Of a stretch of 64,000 nucleotides of DNA, positions 34,106 to 42,859 are shown piece by piece. Under the pieces are notes generated by a model. That model saw only the letters and a list, made by a program, of their open reading frames with translations. It had not been told where the DNA came from and ran no database searches. Position 1 is the first letter of the stretch. Every line of letters begins with the position of its first letter. Where the stretch lies: IMG/VR virus record IMGVR_UViG_3300048672_001051, positions 124,001 to 188,000 of that record; one strand, written 5' to 3'. The translations under genes and the position numbers were made by a program.

Positions 34106-34933
34106 TTAAAAATCATTAGCTGTTTTAACAAACATAGTATTAATCATACCATGCCAATTATAATAAGCATAAACCATGTCAATATCTACAAGCAGAGGTT
34201 CGAGACCTTTACTGAAAATACCATGAGTAATGTATAGTGTAACAGTTTTAGCGCCAGCTTCTTTTAAAGCTTTAGCTAGTTGGATAAAAGTCCAACCACC
34301 GTCGCAGATATCATCTGCAATTAAAACATCCAAACCGTCAACAGGATCAGTTACACGAGTACCTGTGATTGCACCAGTAGTGACATCACGGTCTTTCAAT
34401 GCAACAATTAACTTGTTGACGCCAAGAGCTTTGCTAACATTTAAACACTTTTTATAAGCACCAGCATCTGGACTAATAATAGCGTCAAAAGTTTTTCCAA
34501 AGTCGAATGTTTTAATACACTCATATTGATTTATAACATAAGAGTTATTAATTAAAGCTGGAGCAACATCACTGTGAGGATCAGTTACTATAACTTTAGG
34601 AAGATTGAAGCTATTTAGCAATTCTGCAAATAACTTTAAACTTTGAGCATCACCTTCAACCATTGCACGATCTTGACGTGCAAAAGAGATATATGGCAGA
34701 TATAACACAATATCAGAAGATGTTGATTTGAGGACGCTTAAGACTTGGAGCAATGCAAGAACGCCACTGGAATCTTTTATTTTCGCAGTAACATTAAAGC
34801 TATCACAAGTGTTAGCAGCCCCTAGAGTGACTTGTACTTCTCCAGCTGAGAAAGTTTTGCAACTCACCTCAAGTGGGATTGTTGTTTGAAGTCCTTTGAG
34901 ACGACCAACAACGGTAATTAATGATTTCATCAT
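34106..34933 (-). CDS. prs: Ribose-phosphate pyrophosphokinase-like protein (PRS or Adps)
   Basis: FSAGEV, PYISFARQDR, DPHSDV, SPDAGA, ADDICDGGWTF, THGIFSKG. Confidence 0.9.
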   Translation of the reverse strand: MMKSLITVVGRLKGLQTTIPLEVSCKTFSAGEVQVTLGAANTCDSFNVTAKIKDSSGVLALLQVLSVLKSTSSDIVLYLPYISFARQDRAMVEGDAQSLKLFAELLNSFNLPKVIVTDPHSDVAPALINNSYVINQYECIKTFDFGKTFDAIISPDAGAYKKCLNVSKALGVNKLIVALKDRDVTTGAITGTRVTDPVDGLDVLIADDICDGGWTFIQLAKALKEAGAKTVTLYITHGIFSKGLEPLLVDIDMVYAYYNWHGMINTMFVKTANDF

Positions 34934-35007
34934 AATTCCTGTAGAAGTTGTCTATATGATAGATACTAAAACAATACCTATCAGATAACCGCCTTATACA
35001 AAAAGAG

Positions 35008-35040
35008 TGGGGGGGTTGATTTAAAAAATCAATCCCCCCA
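35008..35040 (-). terminator. Terminator-like hairpin
   Basis: G-run TTGAT / ATCAA C-run stem downstream of TerC-like gene. Confidence 0.6.
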
Positions 35041-35047
35041 CTTCAAA

Positions 35048-36091
35048 TTATTTAGCTTTTAAAGACTTAACAACAGCAATACCGATAAATACAATACCGA
35101 GAACTGCAGCTAAAAACTCATTAACATGGCTAAAAATTGAATAAAACATAATACCAACTAGACCTAAGATAGCCCAGAATGCACCATGTTCAAGATATTT
35201 CAGTGTTGAAATACGTTGATTATCAAGCAGTTGCAATGTAAAACTACGTACAAACATTGCACCAATACCTAGACCTAGCATAATAATAAAGATGTTGGTA
35301 CTAACAGCAAAAGCTGCTACAACGCCATCTAAACTGAAAGATGCATCAACAAGCTCAAGATAAAGCAAACCAACAACACCTTGTCGAATTACACCATCTG
35401 CAGTTCCATCAGAGAGTTTATCTGAAATGAAATGCAGTGCATAAAATGACACCATACCGATGGCTGCTGCGATAACTACTTCAACGCCAAAATATGCTTG
35501 ATAAAATCCATAAACAAATGCTGCAAGCGCAACGGAAGTTACCAGCAATGGTTGGCGAAGTTTTTGAAATAATGTTTCAAACTTAGGAAACAAGTGGTCT
35601 TCTTTATCTTTATTAATAAAGAAACCCATAGCAACACAAAGAAGAAACATACCGCCAAAAGCTGCAATCTGAGGATGAACTGATTGCAAAACTTCACCAT
35701 AGTGTTTTGAATCGTTAACTGCCATATTGAAAGTTTCAATCAAGCCTAAGCTTGCAGCAGAACTAACAATTACCAGTGGGAACACAAAACGCATACCAAA
35801 GACGGCGATAGGTAAACCAACCCAAAGGAAAATTTTACGCCATTTATCATTCCAATTTTTCAAAATTGTCATGTTAAAAACAGCATTATCCAATGATACA
35901 GAGGTTTCAACAAGGCCTAGCATTAAAACGCTAAGCAAGCCTGCCAGTCCAAAAAAATAAAAAGCAACAATTGCAGCAAAGATTGTTGCAAAAAAGGACG
36001 CAGTATGATACTTACGGATTTGATCAAACATGATAGAACTCTGATTTAACGCCAAGAAAGCCACGCGTTGTTGCCACTTTATACGTTTCAC
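35048..36091 (-). CDS. TerC-like (DUF475-type) membrane protein
   Basis: ETSVSLDNAV, DASFSLDGVVAAFA, YLEHGAFWAI; many TM helices. Confidence 0.88.
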   Translation of the reverse strand: MKRIKWQQRVAFLALNQSSIMFDQIRKYHTASFFATIFAAIVAFYFFGLAGLLSVLMLGLVETSVSLDNAVFNMTILKNWNDKWRKIFLWVGLPIAVFGMRFVFPLVIVSSAASLGLIETFNMAVNDSKHYGEVLQSVHPQIAAFGGMFLLCVAMGFFINKDKEDHLFPKFETLFQKLRQPLLVTSVALAAFVYGFYQAYFGVEVVIAAAIGMVSFYALHFISDKLSDGTADGVIRQGVVGLLYLELVDASFSLDGVVAAFAVSTNIFIIMLGLGIGAMFVRSFTLQLLDNQRISTLKYLEHGAFWAILGLVGIMFYSIFSHVNEFLAAVLGIVFIGIAVVKSLKAK

Positions 36092-36118
36092 CTGTTAAGG
36101 TAGTGGGTTTTAACTGCA

Positions 36119-36514
36119 TTAATGGAGTAAGCTAAACAATTTACTGTTTTCTTCGCAGTAATTTGAATGCTGCGGGTTTAACAACGTTTCTTTTGTAACA
36201 AAAAAGACATAACCTAGTTTGGTCAAATCTATGTTATCAAAAGCAGGCCCTTGATATTTATAGACCATAATCATAACATCTGTGGTATGTTTTAAAAGAA
36301 AACGAACATGCTCAACTTCTAAAGCAATACCTAGATCTAGATGTACTTTACGGACTAGTCCATGCCAGTAATTTTCATAAGGCCCTAGAAGACCTCCAGG
36401 CAACCTGAATTTACCAGTAGTCTCATCACGAACTACAAGAATTAATCCTTCAGGTGTTTCGTGATACAAACAACTGGCTGCATCAATATTAGTCGTAGTC
36501 ATAGTCGTAGTCAT
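36119..36514 (-). CDS. Nudix-fold protein with degenerate Nudix box
   Basis: LPGGLLGPYENYWHGLVRKVHLDLGI; REUXEE glutamates lost. Confidence 0.7.
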   Translation of the reverse strand: MTTTMTTTNIDAASCLYHETPEGLILVVRDETTGKFRLPGGLLGPYENYWHGLVRKVHLDLGIALEVEHVRFLLKHTTDVMIMVYKYQGPAFDNIDLTKLGYVFFVTKETLLNPQHSNYCEENSKLFSLLH

Positions 36515-36710
36515 TATCGCGGCCTTTAGATTTCCGTTGACGAGACTTCAATCGTCGGTCATCACGACCTGGTTTTTGAAGCCATCCTTTTTGACCAGTC
36601 TTTGTAACTGGTTGTTCGTCAAGCTCTTGAAAACCTGAGTTTTCAAACAACTTAATTTCATTATTAAAATCATCAGACATGATAAGCAAGTCCTGGAATA
36701 CCTGTTGCAT
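36489..36710 (-). CDS. Small charged protein
   Basis: RRLKSRQRK and DYDYDYD tail; start uncertain. Confidence 0.55.
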   Translation of the reverse strand: MQQVFQDLLIMSDDFNNEIKLFENSGFQELDEQPVTKTGQKGWLQKPGRDDRRLKSRQRKSKGRDNDYDYDYD

Positions 36711-37014
36711 TTACAGCCATAGTGTCAATCTGAATTGGCGCGTCTTTCCAGTACAAATGCCGAGTCCACTGCTTACAAGCCAACACTTTAATTTTCAAAC
36801 CGCGGCTTACAAGCAATTCGTGAGTACTTCGAATTTCAAATGTGCGTTGGGGTAACCCCAAAGTTTTTGCAATAATTTGACACAACCCTGTAAATTCAGA
36901 GTAGGATAATTCGTTAACTTTGTTAACATTTACAAATTTAACGAAGTTGTCAGCAAAACGACACAAGTCTGATTCTGACCAACGAGGGCGGGGGTTTACT
37001 GCTAAGCGTGGCAT
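36673..37014 (-). CDS. Hypothetical protein (start moved to MPRLAV)
   Basis: 113 aa after trimming overlap with HD gene. Confidence 0.55.
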   Translation of the reverse strand: MPRLAVNPRPRWSESDLCRFADNFVKFVNVNKVNELSYSEFTGLCQIIAKTLGLPQRTFEIRSTHELLVSRGLKIKVLACKQWTRHLYWKDAPIQIDTMAVNATGIPGLAYHV

Positions 37015-37060
37015 AAGGGCTACCTTACATACTAAAAAAGAATGAACTACAACAACATGC

Positions 37061-37573
37061 TTAACGCAATGCAGCAAAAATCTGCATATACTCAGCTTGA
37101 TATTTTGAAATGCGAAGCAAACTTTGCTCAACAGTTTCAGAATTTTTAAAGCGACCAATAAGACTATTGTGAGTTAAGTCAGCAAGTTTGATATATTTAA
37201 CATATTCAAATTCTGCTGGAACTTCACAAATATTCTGAATATACTCTGCACGAGACATATCCGATTTTTTTGTCAAGAAGACTAAAGCTTGATCTAGCAG
37301 TAGAGCTACACGATCGCCTAAAATGCTCTCTAAGCCGTTAAATAGCTCTTGAGCTACAACTGGACTTAAATCTTCGTACACGTCGTGTAGAAGGGCTACG
37401 GCGGCAGCAAACTCGCTATAGTCTGGCAGAAGAGCCTCTGTAAATACAGCCACTGTTTCGCAATGGAAATAATAAGGCAAACCATCAGAAAGTTTTTTAG
37501 CTGAGAATTCACATCTTACAAATTCAAGTGCAAAATCGTCTAAACGATTTTTAGGCTTGTAAGTGATATACAT
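37061..37573 (-). CDS. HD-domain hydrolase, RelA/SpoT-hydrolase (SAH/Mesh1) type
   Basis: PYYFHCETVA, LLHDVYED, LTKK, IKLADLTHNS. Confidence 0.8.
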   Translation of the reverse strand: MYITYKPKNRLDDFALEFVRCEFSAKKLSDGLPYYFHCETVAVFTEALLPDYSEFAAAVALLHDVYEDLSPVVAQELFNGLESILGDRVALLLDQALVFLTKKSDMSRAEYIQNICEVPAEFEYVKYIKLADLTHNSLIGRFKNSETVEQSLLRISKYQAEYMQIFAALR

Positions 37574-37575
37574 GG

Positions 37576-38001
37576 CTATGATCCCATAACTAGTGGTCGA
37601 TAACTTTCAAAAAGATTTTTAATATCTGCAGTAACTGGCTCTAAAGCCAATGTTGTAGCAGAATAAAAACCATCTTTGTCAGTATACAAAATTGCCGATA
37701 AATTTAAGTTATCACGAATATATTCGTGAAGACTAGAGACTGTGTCTGGCGCTACTAGCAAGATTAACTCTGGTTGCCGTTTACTAGGACTTCCATAAAG
37801 TAAACCAGCTTCATAAGCAGCCATAGCAATATGCTTTAAATAAACTTGAACAGGTAAACCTTTATTTACAAAAATATGCAAATATGTAGGCTCTTGTCCA
37901 AGCATGTCGCCAACAAAGTTGTTGGTAAACTTATCAGCAGTTAGCAACGCTTGGTCTGGTAGGATACCAGAAGTTGGAAATTCCATAGCAGTAGCTGGCA
38001 T
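37576..38001 (-). CDS. Peptidyl-tRNA hydrolase 2 (Pth2)-like protein
   Basis: YLHIFVNKGL...HIAMAAYEAG...LILLV...TTLALEPV pattern. Confidence 0.5.
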   Translation of the reverse strand: MPATAMEFPTSGILPDQALLTADKFTNNFVGDMLGQEPTYLHIFVNKGLPVQVYLKHIAMAAYEAGLLYGSPSKRQPELILLVAPDTVSSLHEYIRDNLNLSAILYTDKDGFYSATTLALEPVTADIKNLFESYRPLVMGS

Positions 38002-38003
38002 GT

Positions 38004-38384
38004 TTAAAGTCCTCTGACTTTACAGATTGTTTGTTTGATTTCAATTAAATCATCTTTGATTTGTTCCTGTTCTTCGTGAGTAAAAATATCACGATCAACA
38101 ATAACTTTTGTAATCATATTTGCAATAATGCAAGGAATGATTACAAATATCCAAAAATGACCTAAAAGAATAGTTAAAACTTTACCTAAAACAGTGTGTG
38201 GTGATATATCTCCATAACCAATAGTTAATGAAGTTATGCAAGCCCACCAAAGGCTGTTGAACAACGTCTCATGCTCAACAATTGAGTAAACAACAGTGCT
38301 TAAAACAAGGCTTAGCCCGTATGTAAAAAATAACAGGCTGAGATTGTTTGAAAGCTTTGTAAACAGCTTTATAAATGAGGACAT
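38004..38384 (-). CDS. Pore-only two-TM potassium channel
   Basis: SLWWACITSLTIGYGDISP selectivity filter flanked by TM helices. Confidence 0.9.
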   Translation of the reverse strand: MSSFIKLFTKLSNNLSLLFFTYGLSLVLSTVVYSIVEHETLFNSLWWACITSLTIGYGDISPHTVLGKVLTILLGHFWIFVIIPCIIANMITKVIVDRDIFTHEEQEQIKDDLIEIKQTICKVRGL

Positions 38385-38824
38385 TTTGGATTGTGATCTT
38401 GAAAATGATCAAACAGTAGTGTAAATACGCGACTGTTATAAGTTTCAAAACGATACGATGGAATATGATTAAGTTTTACAGGCAATTTTAAAAGTTCAAT
38501 TACATCTTTAATGAACAAAACAATTGCAGCAGAACGACTTATACCCATTAAACAATGTACATAAATATTGTCGTAAGGTTTTAAATCACCATTCACATCA
38601 AAAACGAGATCGTAGATTACCTTAGCATGCTTTGTTGTGAAACTAAAGTGATCATCTTCAAAGATTAACTGTGCACTAGCCGCAAATTTGTCACCTAAAT
38701 CAAAACGATTATCAGGTTTGGTGATAACAGAAATTGCAAGAGTTTTAGACAAATCTAAATTACCTTGCATAATTTTTTCACCAAAAACATATTGTGAAAA
38801 AAAGTCAATATTTAAATTTTTCAT
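38369..38824 (-). CDS. Protein-tyrosine/dual-specificity phosphatase-like protein
   Basis: VHCLMGISRS (CX5R). Confidence 0.82.
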   Translation of the reverse strand: MKNLNIDFFSQYVFGEKIMQGNLDLSKTLAISVITKPDNRFDLGDKFAASAQLIFEDDHFSFTTKHAKVIYDLVFDVNGDLKPYDNIYVHCLMGISRSAAIVLFIKDVIELLKLPVKLNHIPSYRFETYNSRVFTLLFDHFQDHNPKCPHL

Positions 38825-38826
38825 CG

Positions 38827-39273
38827 TTAAGGCTCCAACCGTAGCTGCTCTTTTAAAAAAGAATAGTTAGGATATTTTTCAAATTGAATACAATGCCAAA
38901 CATTAGGCGTATCGGAATATTGCAGGATATTAGTAATAGTTCCAACACGCCCATGATACATTGAACCTGGATAATAAATTTTCACGTTATCATTAATTTT
39001 AAAAGACCGTGGTTGAGACGATGCAATTAAAATTTTTAAGAAATCTTCAGAGACTACTCGACAAGGCGGACTTCCAACTATTAAAGAAACAGTATTTTCA
39101 AAAATATCTAAACATTCAGTATTAGATATTTTTTTGAAAATACTGTAGCTACAAATTTCAAGTACACCATCAACTAAACGTTGTTTAGGTTGAATATAGT
39201 GCTGACCTTTCTTAACAAATAAGCTGAGAGGGTTTGTTAGAGTACTCATAAGAAGACCTTTAGAATAAATCAA
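38827..39273 (-). CDS. Hypothetical protein
   Basis: 148 aa; C-terminal KOW/SH3-like GRVGTITNI. Confidence 0.6.
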   Translation of the reverse strand: MIYSKGLLMSTLTNPLSLFVKKGQHYIQPKQRLVDGVLEICSYSIFKKISNTECLDIFENTVSLIVGSPPCRVVSEDFLKILIASSQPRSFKINDNVKIYYPGSMYHGRVGTITNILQYSDTPNVWHCIQFEKYPNYSFLKEQLRLEP

Positions 39274-40481
39274 GCAAAGATTTTAATCCGTGCAATATTT
39301 TTCTTACCAAGTTGAACTACAACAGTTTGACCAGCTGTAAAAACAACAGTTGGTGTAGCAATAACACCATCAACTTTTACAGCACTATTTTTTAAAGCGT
39401 CCTTAGCCATTGCAGAGTTTTTAGCTAATTTAGCTCGTAGTAGTACACTACCAATAAACAACTGCTCCTGTCCTTCTAAAGATAGGCTGACTTCAGGCAT
39501 GTCCTCTGGTAGCTCACCATCCATGATGCGGTTGCCTGAGCTCTTGTGAGCATTGGCGGCGGCATCGGCGTCGTGGAAGCGTTCGATCAACTCTAATGCC
39601 AAGATGCGCTTGATCTCTTGCGGGTTACGGCCTGCTTGCATTTCGGCAAGTAGCGATTCGACTTCGCTCATGCTGCGGAAACTGAGCAGCTCGAAGTAAC
39701 GGGCGATCAGTGTGTCTGGCATGGAGAGGATTTTTTGATACATGCTGCCTGCGCTGTCGTGCACACCAATATAGTTGCCCAGTGACTTTGACATTTTTTG
39801 TACGCCGTCAAGTCCTTCTAGGATTGGGACGGTGATACAGACTTGTGGGGTTTGGTCGTAGCGCGATTGCAGGGTGCGACCCATCAATAGGTTAAAGGTT
39901 TGATCGGTTCCACCAAGTTCGACGTCAGCCTTGAGTGCAACAGAATCATAGCCTTGTACTAATGGGTACAAAAACTCGTGAATTGCAATCGGTTGTTGGT
40001 CGTTAAAGCGCTTACTAAAGTCATTACGTTCCATCATGCGGGAGACGGTTTGCTGACTGGCTAGACGAATCAGGTCGGCGGCGGACATGGCATCAAACCA
40101 TGTGCTGTTAAACACGACTTCGGTTTTGGCGGGATCCAGAATTTTAAACACTTGTTCTTGGTAGCTCTTGGCATTTTCGGCCACTTGTTCGCGAGTCAGT
40201 GGTGGGCGGGTAGCGCTTTTGCCTGTGGGATCGCCAATCATGCCGGTGTAGTCGCCAATCAAGAAGAGGACGTGGTGGCCAAGTTCTTGGAAGGTGCGTA
40301 GTTTGTTGATCAATACGGTATGACCCAAATGCAGGTCTGGTGCGGTGGGATCGAATCCGGCTTTGATGCGCAGCGGGCGATTTTCTTGCAGTTTTTTGAG
40401 CAGGTCTTCGCGCGAGATGATTTCGCTGGTGCCGCGTTCGATCAGGGCCAGTTGTTGCTCGGCTGGGAGAAAGGAGGTCAT
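39270..40481 (-). CDS. tyrS: Tyrosine--tRNA ligase, GC-mosaic, Moraxellaceae-like
   Basis: [34 protein letters not shown]; C-terminal S4 domain. Confidence 0.97.
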   Translation of the reverse strand: MTSFLPAEQQLALIERGTSEIISREDLLKKLQENRPLRIKAGFDPTAPDLHLGHTVLINKLRTFQELGHHVLFLIGDYTGMIGDPTGKSATRPPLTREQVAENAKSYQEQVFKILDPAKTEVVFNSTWFDAMSAADLIRLASQQTVSRMMERNDFSKRFNDQQPIAIHEFLYPLVQGYDSVALKADVELGGTDQTFNLLMGRTLQSRYDQTPQVCITVPILEGLDGVQKMSKSLGNYIGVHDSAGSMYQKILSMPDTLIARYFELLSFRSMSEVESLLAEMQAGRNPQEIKRILALELIERFHDADAAANAHKSSGNRIMDGELPEDMPEVSLSLEGQEQLFIGSVLLRAKLAKNSAMAKDALKNSAVKVDGVIATPTVVFTAGQTVVVQLGKKNIARIKIFA

Positions 40482-40669
40482 GTTAATATGCTCAAGATGA
40501 CAGAAGCAATAGCAACTGTTTCAGAAGAATGAGCAATTAAAAAATAAGTTAAGATAATCATGTGTCATCATCACAAGTAAAAGATTTAAAAAAGAATAAA
40601 GCTATAAAAATAGCTAGAGGATATTTTAGAAGTTTCATTTTGAATAGCCTTTGAGTCGTGGTATAACTT

Positions 40670-40960
40670 TTAATGGAAGTGTTGGTATAAAACAATCCCG
40701 ATACAATGAGTTAAAATAAGACAAATAAAATTAATTAAAAAATAATTTTTAAAAGTCTTTTGAGCATAGTATTCTCTATTAAAAATTAAAAAGAATACTA
40801 AAGCTTGTGCAAAACAGCTAAGTAAAATACCTACGTAAGTCAATTCTGGTGGTGGCGCAACAAATGCTAACCAACCAGAAATTGCAATAACATAGATAAT
40901 AACTCTGCCAAAAAGCATAATATTATTAAAAAAATTTGAAGGTTGTGCTGAAGAATTCAT
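40670..40960 (-). CDS. Small three-TM membrane protein
   Basis: Hydrophobic segments. Confidence 0.65.
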   Translation of the reverse strand: MNSSAQPSNFFNNIMLFGRVIIYVIAISGWLAFVAPPPELTYVGILLSCFAQALVFFLIFNREYYAQKTFKNYFLINFICLILTHCIGIVLYQHFH

Positions 40961-40962
40961 TT

Positions 40963-41190
40963 TTAAATACTCTCAGAATACTTTAAAAGCCAATGACGAG
41001 TTACTGTACATTGATCAACTGGATAAGCTTTATCACCAATGAAGTAGATGTTTTTAATACGACTTACTTCAAAATTTAATACATACATTTTTTCAGTATT
41101 ACAAACAACTGTCAAAGGCATGATAATTAAATACAAAATAAAGAATATTCCAGCAGTAATCAAAACAAGTTTACTAATACTTTTAAACAT
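40963..41190 (-). CDS. Small membrane-anchored protein
   Basis: N-terminal TM helix. Confidence 0.6.
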   Translation of the reverse strand: MFKSISKLVLITAGIFFILYLIIMPLTVVCNTEKMYVLNFEVSRIKNIYFIGDKAYPVDQCTVTRHWLLKYSESI

Positions 41191-41229
41191 TGCGCTAACC
41201 TTTAGCTAAAAAATTATTAGTTGTAGCGC

Positions 41230-41870
41230 CAGAGTCGGCGTACATTCCGTTTTGTGTTAAAAGAACAGTACTCATATCGGTAACACTTAATCAGGGTAGA
41301 GAGGAAAAGCTTTGTTGTTTCTCAATAATAGTCTATTTTACAAAAGCATTATTGAGAAACAACAACTTTTTAAGGTTGTTGTTTCTACGGCGTTCTTTAG
41401 ATTCTAATTTTAAATAAGGTTGATGTAATTTAGCCTTTCGGCTAACGATAAAGCAGTAATTTAGGCATATTTTATCTCGCAAGGTGGGGGCGGGAACGGC
41501 GGAAAGAACTGGGCTAATGTTACATTACAACAAAGAATTAATAGTTGCAAAACAGACAGACTAGCTAGAAAGTTTTGCAACATGGGTTTTACCGATTAAG
41601 CAGATAAATAAATCAACTGCCTTGTAGAGCCTATAGCAAAATAGGTTTTACGCGCTGTATACACTATATTTTAGTATATTAGTGTATTTCTCAACGCTTA
41701 AAAAATTGCTTTTTGACTAAACAAACGGTACGGTTGTCGCACTTTTTAGTCGCTATAATATTTTAAAAAGTGCGACATTTACTCAGAAAGATGGAATGCC
41801 ACTTTTGGACATTCAATATACACCCCCTGAGCTATGCTATAAGCGTAAGACGCCTTTTACAAGGCGTCCG
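41230..41870 (-). ncRNA. About 640-nt ORF-free, hairpin-rich region (large ncRNA or origin candidate)
   Basis: Perfect inverted repeats of 18, 14 and 10 bp; two GNRA-capped hairpins on the minus strand. Confidence 0.4.
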
Positions 41871-41903
41871 GTGACTTTCACACCTTTAAGTACCTAGGGC
41901 ATT

Positions 41904-42329
41904 TTAAGTGCGGGCTGGTTTTTTGATCTTTGCCAACTCTTTCAAATCTTTTGGATCCAGAAGAATTTCAAGCGCTTGATCTTTCAATTGGCACTTGCCA
42001 ACTAGCAACTGCAAAAGCGGTACAGGATTCGAAGATTCACATGCGTAATTTTCTGCTTCTGTAACGTCTTTAAGCAACTTTGTTAGGCGAGTTTCTTGCG
42101 CGCGAAGCGAACGAAGCTCGGCCACCATCTTAATGCGAGTTTCTTGGCTGATATTAATCAAGCGAGTTACACCAGTAGCGTAAACAGTAGCTTTCTCAAT
42201 TTCAGCTGCAGCATTTTGTTGCGCTAAGATTTGCTTGACCAAGTCGATATTTACACCAGCTGGTGCCATACTTGTCAAGTCGTCAGGTTTCAAATGTGCT
42301 TGAGCAGCACGGCTCAATACGCTAGACAT
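41904..42329 (-). CDS. Coiled-coil hypothetical protein
   Basis: 141 aa, GAGG SD, higher-GC codon usage. Confidence 0.7.
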   Translation of the reverse strand: MSSVLSRAAQAHLKPDDLTSMAPAGVNIDLVKQILAQQNAAAEIEKATVYATGVTRLINISQETRIKMVAELRSLRAQETRLTKLLKDVTEAENYACESSNPVPLLQLLVGKCQLKDQALEILLDPKDLKELAKIKKPART

Positions 42330-42396
42330 GGGCTTATCCTCATAAGGGCGGATTGGTATGAAAGATTACTGCAACAACAACACAAACATGCTTTTA

Positions 42397-42849
42397 CTAC
42401 TTTGTTAAAACAACACTTCCATTTTGAAAATGTTTACAAAGTTCGTTCGTAGCTACAGCAGATAAACTTGTAACTAAAGGCAACATTTGATCTGTTGTGC
42501 GTAATGAGTTAGCACTACGTGCAAGTTTTCCATTGTTATCGCGATAAGTTTCGTAAATAACCTCTGAGTTAATTACTAACTTAAATTTTGAAAAATTGTC
42601 AAATGTGCATTTTAAAGTTCGAGATTTATTTGTCAAAACTAAAAGACCATTTACTTTAGTTTTGACAATATCTTTTCGAGCATAAAGATTAAAAATTGTG
42701 TAATAAACAACTTTTTTAACAGGATATTTTTGGATAACAATCCAAAAAAGAATTAAAATCAATAACAAAAAAGCTAGCAGTGTAAAAATTGCTTGTAAGC
42801 TTATAAGTATAAAAGACATGGTGGTTGCTACAGTATATGGAGGACACAC
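42397..42849 (-). CDS. Membrane-anchored hypothetical protein
   Basis: N-terminal TM helix. Confidence 0.6.
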   Translation of the reverse strand: MCPPYTVATTMSFILISLQAIFTLLAFLLLILILFWIVIQKYPVKKVVYYTIFNLYARKDIVKTKVNGLLVLTNKSRTLKCTFDNFSKFKLVINSEVIYETYRDNNGKLARSANSLRTTDQMLPLVTSLSAVATNELCKHFQNGSVVLTK

Positions 42850-42859
42850 ACATGCTTAT

